Below, piece after piece: positions 59,224 through 64,000 of a stretch of DNA of 64,000 bases. Origin of the DNA: Nemertoderma westbladi (taxonomy: Eukaryota > Animalia > Xenacoelomorpha); the NCBI GenBank assembly GCA_032718475.1, contig JAUCBJ010000021.1, positions 41,460-105,459 on the forward strand, written 5' to 3'. Each line of letters opens with the position of its first letter. Position 1 is the first letter of the stretch. Below the pieces are notes generated by a model. It worked only from the letters and a program-made list of their open reading frames with translations, did not search any database and was not told the DNA's origin. The translations under genes and the position numbers were made by a program.

Positions 59224-61102
59224 TCACTTGGCTCGCCCCACACAGTGGGCCAATCAGAAGTTATCATTTCTTGTTGATGCCATCAATGATGCTGATGACA
59301 GCAGGCAATCATCCCAGGCATGGAAATCGATCAACTTGCTTACTGGGCTGACAACCCAACCAACCACCAAGGTTAAGGCTGAATCACCAGCTGATCACCT
59401 CAATGGTTGGAAGGCCCACTTTGAAAAATAATAATGACAGGGTATTGCTGATAACTTTATAGAAGTAAGTGTCTGACTCTGTACTCCCCGATATTCCCAT
59501 TGGCGATATCTCCTTTGCAGAAGTGAAGGCTGCTGCAAAGAGCATTAAGTCCAATCGTGCCAGTGGAGTAGATAGTGTTCCCCCAAAGGTCTTTAAAATA
59601 CCTGAGTGTTTAAAGCTCATATATCCCATCATAGTAGACATGTACGGAACAACAAGAGTCCCACAAGAAATGAAAACAAATAAGTTGGTGCCAGTTCCCA
59701 AGAAGGGTAACCTAACACTCTATGGTTCTTTTCGGGGAATTTCATTGATCTCGATTGCTGCAAAGCTATACAATAGAATTATATTAAATCGCATCAGGGA
59801 TCCCATTGAGAGACTGCTCCGTGGAAGTCAGAATGGGTTCCGTAAAGGTCGTGGGACCATGGAGCCCATTTTGGCACTTAGAAGGATATAAGAAGATTGA
59901 AGAGTTATCAAAAAAGAAAGACTGTCACCTGGCTGTTGTCTTTGTTGACTTCTTCAAGGCCTTTGATTCAGTCTCTCGCTCACGTATGTTCGTTCAGCAT
60001 ACTTTCATTATATGGGATTCCTGATGAAATTATTGCAGCAATCAGATCAGTATACGATGTTTTTACAACATTTGTGTCTACTGTTTACGGTGACACAGAA
60101 CCATTTGAAGTGTTATGGGGCATCCTCCAGGGAGACACACTTGCACCATTCTTGTTCATAATTGTGGTTGACTATGTTCTACCCATGTCCTTAGATCATC
60201 ATAATGATGATGGGGTGATGATAACTCCACCTACTGGCTCCAGAACTCGAGGAAATCCTGCCAAGTACCTAACTGATCTAGACTTTACTGATGACTTAGG
60301 AGTACTCTCAGAATCACTAGAGGGAGCCCAACGGCTCATCGGCTCATTAGAACAGGCTGCTTCTAGTGTTGGTCTTTTTAATAACTCCAGAAAGACCAAC
60401 ATTTTGACAGTTAACTTTGAAAGTCCTCAGCAAATCTCTGACCGGATGAGCATAAGCTCAAAGGATGGTATGCTTGAGCATGTGGACGACTTCTGTTACC
60501 TGGGATCATGGATCTGGAAGTCAGGTGAGGACCTTCGAATACGTAAGGTAAAGGCATGGGCAGCCTTGAATAGGCTTTCCAGGATTTGGAAGTCACCGAG
60601 AATTAATTGGAAACTTAAGGTCCGATTATTTAGAGCAGCAGTAGTTCTAGTACTCCTCTATGGGAGTCCATGCTGGGCTCTAACTGCTGAGGACACCAAA
60701 TCTCTGGATGGCACATTCACAAGAATGCTACGCCGGGTTCATTGTGTCAAGTACAATGCACACATCTCCAACCAGACACTATATAACACTGGAGGTGTCT
60801 CATTGGTTCCCCCAAGCTTGACACTAGAACAAAATCGCCTTCGCTTTGCAGGACTTTGTTTTCGCCATGAGGACCAGCCAGTGCTTAATCTTGTTTTTTG
60901 GCAGCCTCATGGAGTGAATAAGCAGCCCATGACTTTCTTGAGACACATCTTAAAGGACACTGGCCTTGAAGATGCGGATGATCTAGCAAATGTCATGGGT
61001 GATAGGGAGTTGTGGCGGCGCAATTTTGTCGACAAGCCGGCACAGCATTCTTAAAAATGCAGCTGCAATGCAGCATGCCGATCCTAGTACTAGTAGTAGT
61101 AC
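59224..61102 (+). mobile_element. 5'-truncated RTE-clade LINE
   Basis: PKKGNL..FRGI, QNGFRKGRGT, DFFKAFDSV, GILQGDTLAP, DFTDD and FCYLGS motifs. (TAG)n tail and 11-bp TSD TAATGATTTAC (59213-59223 and 61103-61113). Confidence 0.93.
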
Positions 61103-61113
61103 TAATGATTTAC

Positions 61114-61233
61114 CTGTGCAATTAATAATACCATCACCGATGTAACCGAGCTTGCATTTGCAGTCAAATCCAAGTTCTGTATTCGTACAATGAGCATTCT
61201 TATCGCAGTTGTTTGCATTTGTAGCGCATTCAT
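61114..61233 (-). CDS. host gene EGF exon
   Basis: DECATNANNCDKNAHCTNTELGFDCKCKLGYIGDGIINCT, TTGCAG acceptor, GTAAAT donor, 120 bp, phase 1-1. Confidence 0.9.
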
Positions 61234-62246
61234 CTGCAATATATAAAAGTAGAGATCCCTGAGAAGTAAATTAAAATATTACCAGAAGAGCCAGCAAACA
61301 GGCTGTTAACGAATCTGCCTAAACTTTAAAATGTAAATTTAAGTTTAAACAAAAACTTGTTTTTGTCTGGCAATTGTCTACAGTCTGGCTACTAGTTGTG
61401 GCAAATTCTGTATAATGCAACATTAACTATCTTAATTAGTAATTTATTCCAATTAGCCCTTTGACAATATCACACCATAACTCATTGTATACAGTCCTAT
61501 TCCTACAGTAGAATGTGCATTGTTTGTACAGTAGTTAGTAATACGTTCAGCTGTAGTAAGTGAATGTAGTAAATTAGTTATATATTGGACTTGAATCAAG
61601 ATTTGTTTGCGTTACTCATTTATTCATTATATAAGTATTGTATTGAAAACACGCCCCATTTTTTGTTTATTTGAAACTTCCTGTCTTTATGACAAACTCA
61701 TTTGACTTTGGTCAAACCAATTTACGCATTACTAGTAGTGGTTCTGTTCGATTGATCTGGGGCTCATTTGATTTGAAACCACACACAAGGGCAAGACAGA
61801 CACCTTCAAATCAAGAAGAGTTAATATATTCTGCAATAATGTACCATATAATATGTGGGGCAGCTCAAAACAATCTGATAGTGTATGTGTGTATATAGAT
61901 AGATAGAGGCCTATATATTTGTTTATCGATTTACAAACTTTAATTTTTTTCTGCTCAGTCTTAATATTGAAGAGGTCTTTGGTCAATCCATGTGTATTGT
62001 GTTGTGTACTCCCTTTCCTAGTCAATGTAGAGTATATAATATAACTTTTTGAAACTTTAGTAAGTGATTGGATGGATGGCTGATAAAACACAAGCTGGTA
62101 ACTGAGTAACTAAAAACCATGCTAATAATGTACCTTATTTTTCAAATTGCAGAAGTGAAAATAATTTTCTATTAAAAACTATTGTATTAGCAAATTTTTT
62201 TTATTGAAGTTAAATTAACTTAAAACGTACAATTTAATTGACTAAC

Positions 62247-62818
62247 CTGTACTATCACAAGACAGTGCTTCATAGGTTTTATGAAGTTCCATTTCTGTAT
62301 AGTAGCAACTATAGTAACGGAAATGAGCAATGTAGCCAGGGAAAACGTAATTATCGAGGAGTCTTCGCCCCAAAAAAAGGTCGACTTTGCTATCTTTTTC
62401 AGACCGTTCAGTGTGTGCTTGGGAAATCTCATCGAACAGATGAATAGAATTCCCTACTCTTCGGCTGTAGAGGAATCTTTTTTTGTAATCAGCACTGACG
62501 CCTACTGCAACCATGTACCACTCATTTATAGTTACGGCATTGATAATGGTTTGGGCTGCGCTTAAATGAGCTGTTGGCACAACTGGATGATGGTAAAGCG
62601 ACAGTGGCGAGAGGTGATTAACAATCCATAGATGTGACCCGAGAATTGTTGCGCTGGAGAATTCGACAATCGGTCCAATACCAGTCGTCTTAACAAAAGC
62701 TATCATTGTAAAAGTTTCCGAGGTTAATTCATCTGGTCCATGAGGAATTGATATGTATCCTGTGTATGTCGTGCCTGATTTGGGCCAATTAAATTTAGTA
62801 TTTTCGTCTCTGTTTGTT
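62247..62818 (-). CDS. host gene exon, LamG/concanavalin A-like (pentraxin-like) domain
   Basis: YISIP..TFTMIAFVKT..EWYMVAV..LFLG..FPGYIAHFRYY pattern, GTTAGT donor at phase 1. The acceptor position is less certain. Confidence 0.8.
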
Positions 62819-63570
62819 CTAAATAATTGAATTATTTTTTTTACTTTCATCACATTTTTAGTATTTAGATTTTTTAGTATTCATTTAAGTATTTTTAGTT
62901 AAATTCTGTAAAATTTAATTAATTTAATTATTTTATTTTTCATTTCTGCAAACTCCAAATAATTTTAAAATTATTTTTTATTCATACTCTATATATATTT
63001 TTTTCATTCTGCTAACTCTACATAATGTTATTTGTTTCTTATTTCTGTAAACTCAGATCGCCATAAAACTAAATCACTATTGCGTTTCAGTGGTGAACCG
63101 GTACACACATTTACAGATTTCCGTTACTTTGCGCATTTAGCAACCTAATTGCAGAACGGGACACACTCAAACCCTTTGGTATTTCTGTACATGGCAGTAT
63201 CAATTGATATAATGCAGGAGATGATCATGCTATGAATGGATCCTCCTACAGTATCTGTACAGTAAAAAGTGAAAGTGCACGAAACCAAAACATTGAGTTA
63301 TGGTGATTGAGTTCCCTTTATTAGGATCATTTTCTTGGAGTGTTAGCGGGGGCCGGATACCAAGCGGGGGGTATACATATAATAACAATATTATAGCTCA
63401 AGGTCTGAGCCCAATGTGATGCACAATGAACTCTGGGTCTATGGCGGTAACAAACATAGGGCTACACCAAGGTGCAACCTTGGTGAGTCCTACACCGGAA
63501 AAACTAAAGCGTTATCTTAATAGAAGATATTACAACACTGACCTATAATTCAAGGTAACAATAGATATAA

Positions 63571-63666
63571 CCTACCTAGAGAAAGAGGGATGGTGATTGA
63601 TCTATCTAGAGAGAGAGGGATGGTGATTATTCTACCTAGAGAGAGAGGGATGGTGATTGATCTATC
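63571..63666. repeat. ~28-30 bp tandem repeat, 3 copies
   Basis: CTACCTAGAGAGAGAGGGATGGTGATTGAT. Confidence 0.85.
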
Positions 63667-64000
63667 CTGACCAATCAGGTCTGGATAGGTAGTTTCCTAT
63701 TGGTTCTGCTTGCCAATAACTTTGGTTATGGGGCCAGCAGATTAATGGGTTTATTTATTTTTAGCTAATAGGATAACTCCCTCCCTCCTAGTCGTGGTAA
63801 CAGAACATCGTTATGATGCCACTGTAGGTATGTAATCAAAATACAATACGGGGTAGCCTAATGTTTCCCCATGTACACTCAACCAATAATATAATAGTGA
63901 ATACAATGGTTCTACTGTAATAACTGGTAGATTGCGCTGCGCAGTTACGTGTTGCTAATTTGGTTCGAACTGCAAGGCTTTCTATTTGCCAGCTTGACCT

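Noticed and set aside
63100-63254. Possible extra upstream EGF-like exon (..NTKGFECVPFC..)
   Set aside because: The phase-1 reading contains two stops and the Cys spacing is wrong. At best it is a decayed exon.
63341-63802. Possible solo LTR (TGTTAGCG...GGTAACA)
   Set aside because: No target-site duplication or partner LTR is visible.

Overview
AT-rich eukaryotic (invertebrate-like animal) DNA, not prokaryotic. A large minus-strand host gene runs through most of the window. I can join 19 GT-AG exons (62818 to 11640, about 1,300 codons, all splice phases compatible) encoding LamG/concanavalin-like, 11 EGF (9 in a recent tandem array), 2 TSP1, a Thr-rich PTS mucin segment and a WxxW domain. 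Its introns are inflated by transposons: a degenerate BEL/Pao LTR element (1-9527, running off the window), a complete TSD-flanked 11.3 kb BEL/Pao element (36249-47522), a truncated relative of that element, Gypsy remnants, several LINEs (RTE, CR1/L2-group, RTE-X-like, CRE-like) and SINEs. Two features stand out. (1) The 11.3 kb BEL element has gag-protease but no RT, RNase H or integrase, and instead carries a 3' accessory reading frame with a WRN/RNase D-like DEDDy 3'-5' exonuclease, a coiled coil and three CCHC knuckles. (2) A 321-bp TSD-flanked retroposon has a minimal hammerhead ribozyme between Pol III A/B-box-like motifs, duplicated as a perfect 123-bp inverted repeat. All calls come from reading by eye; no database search was run.
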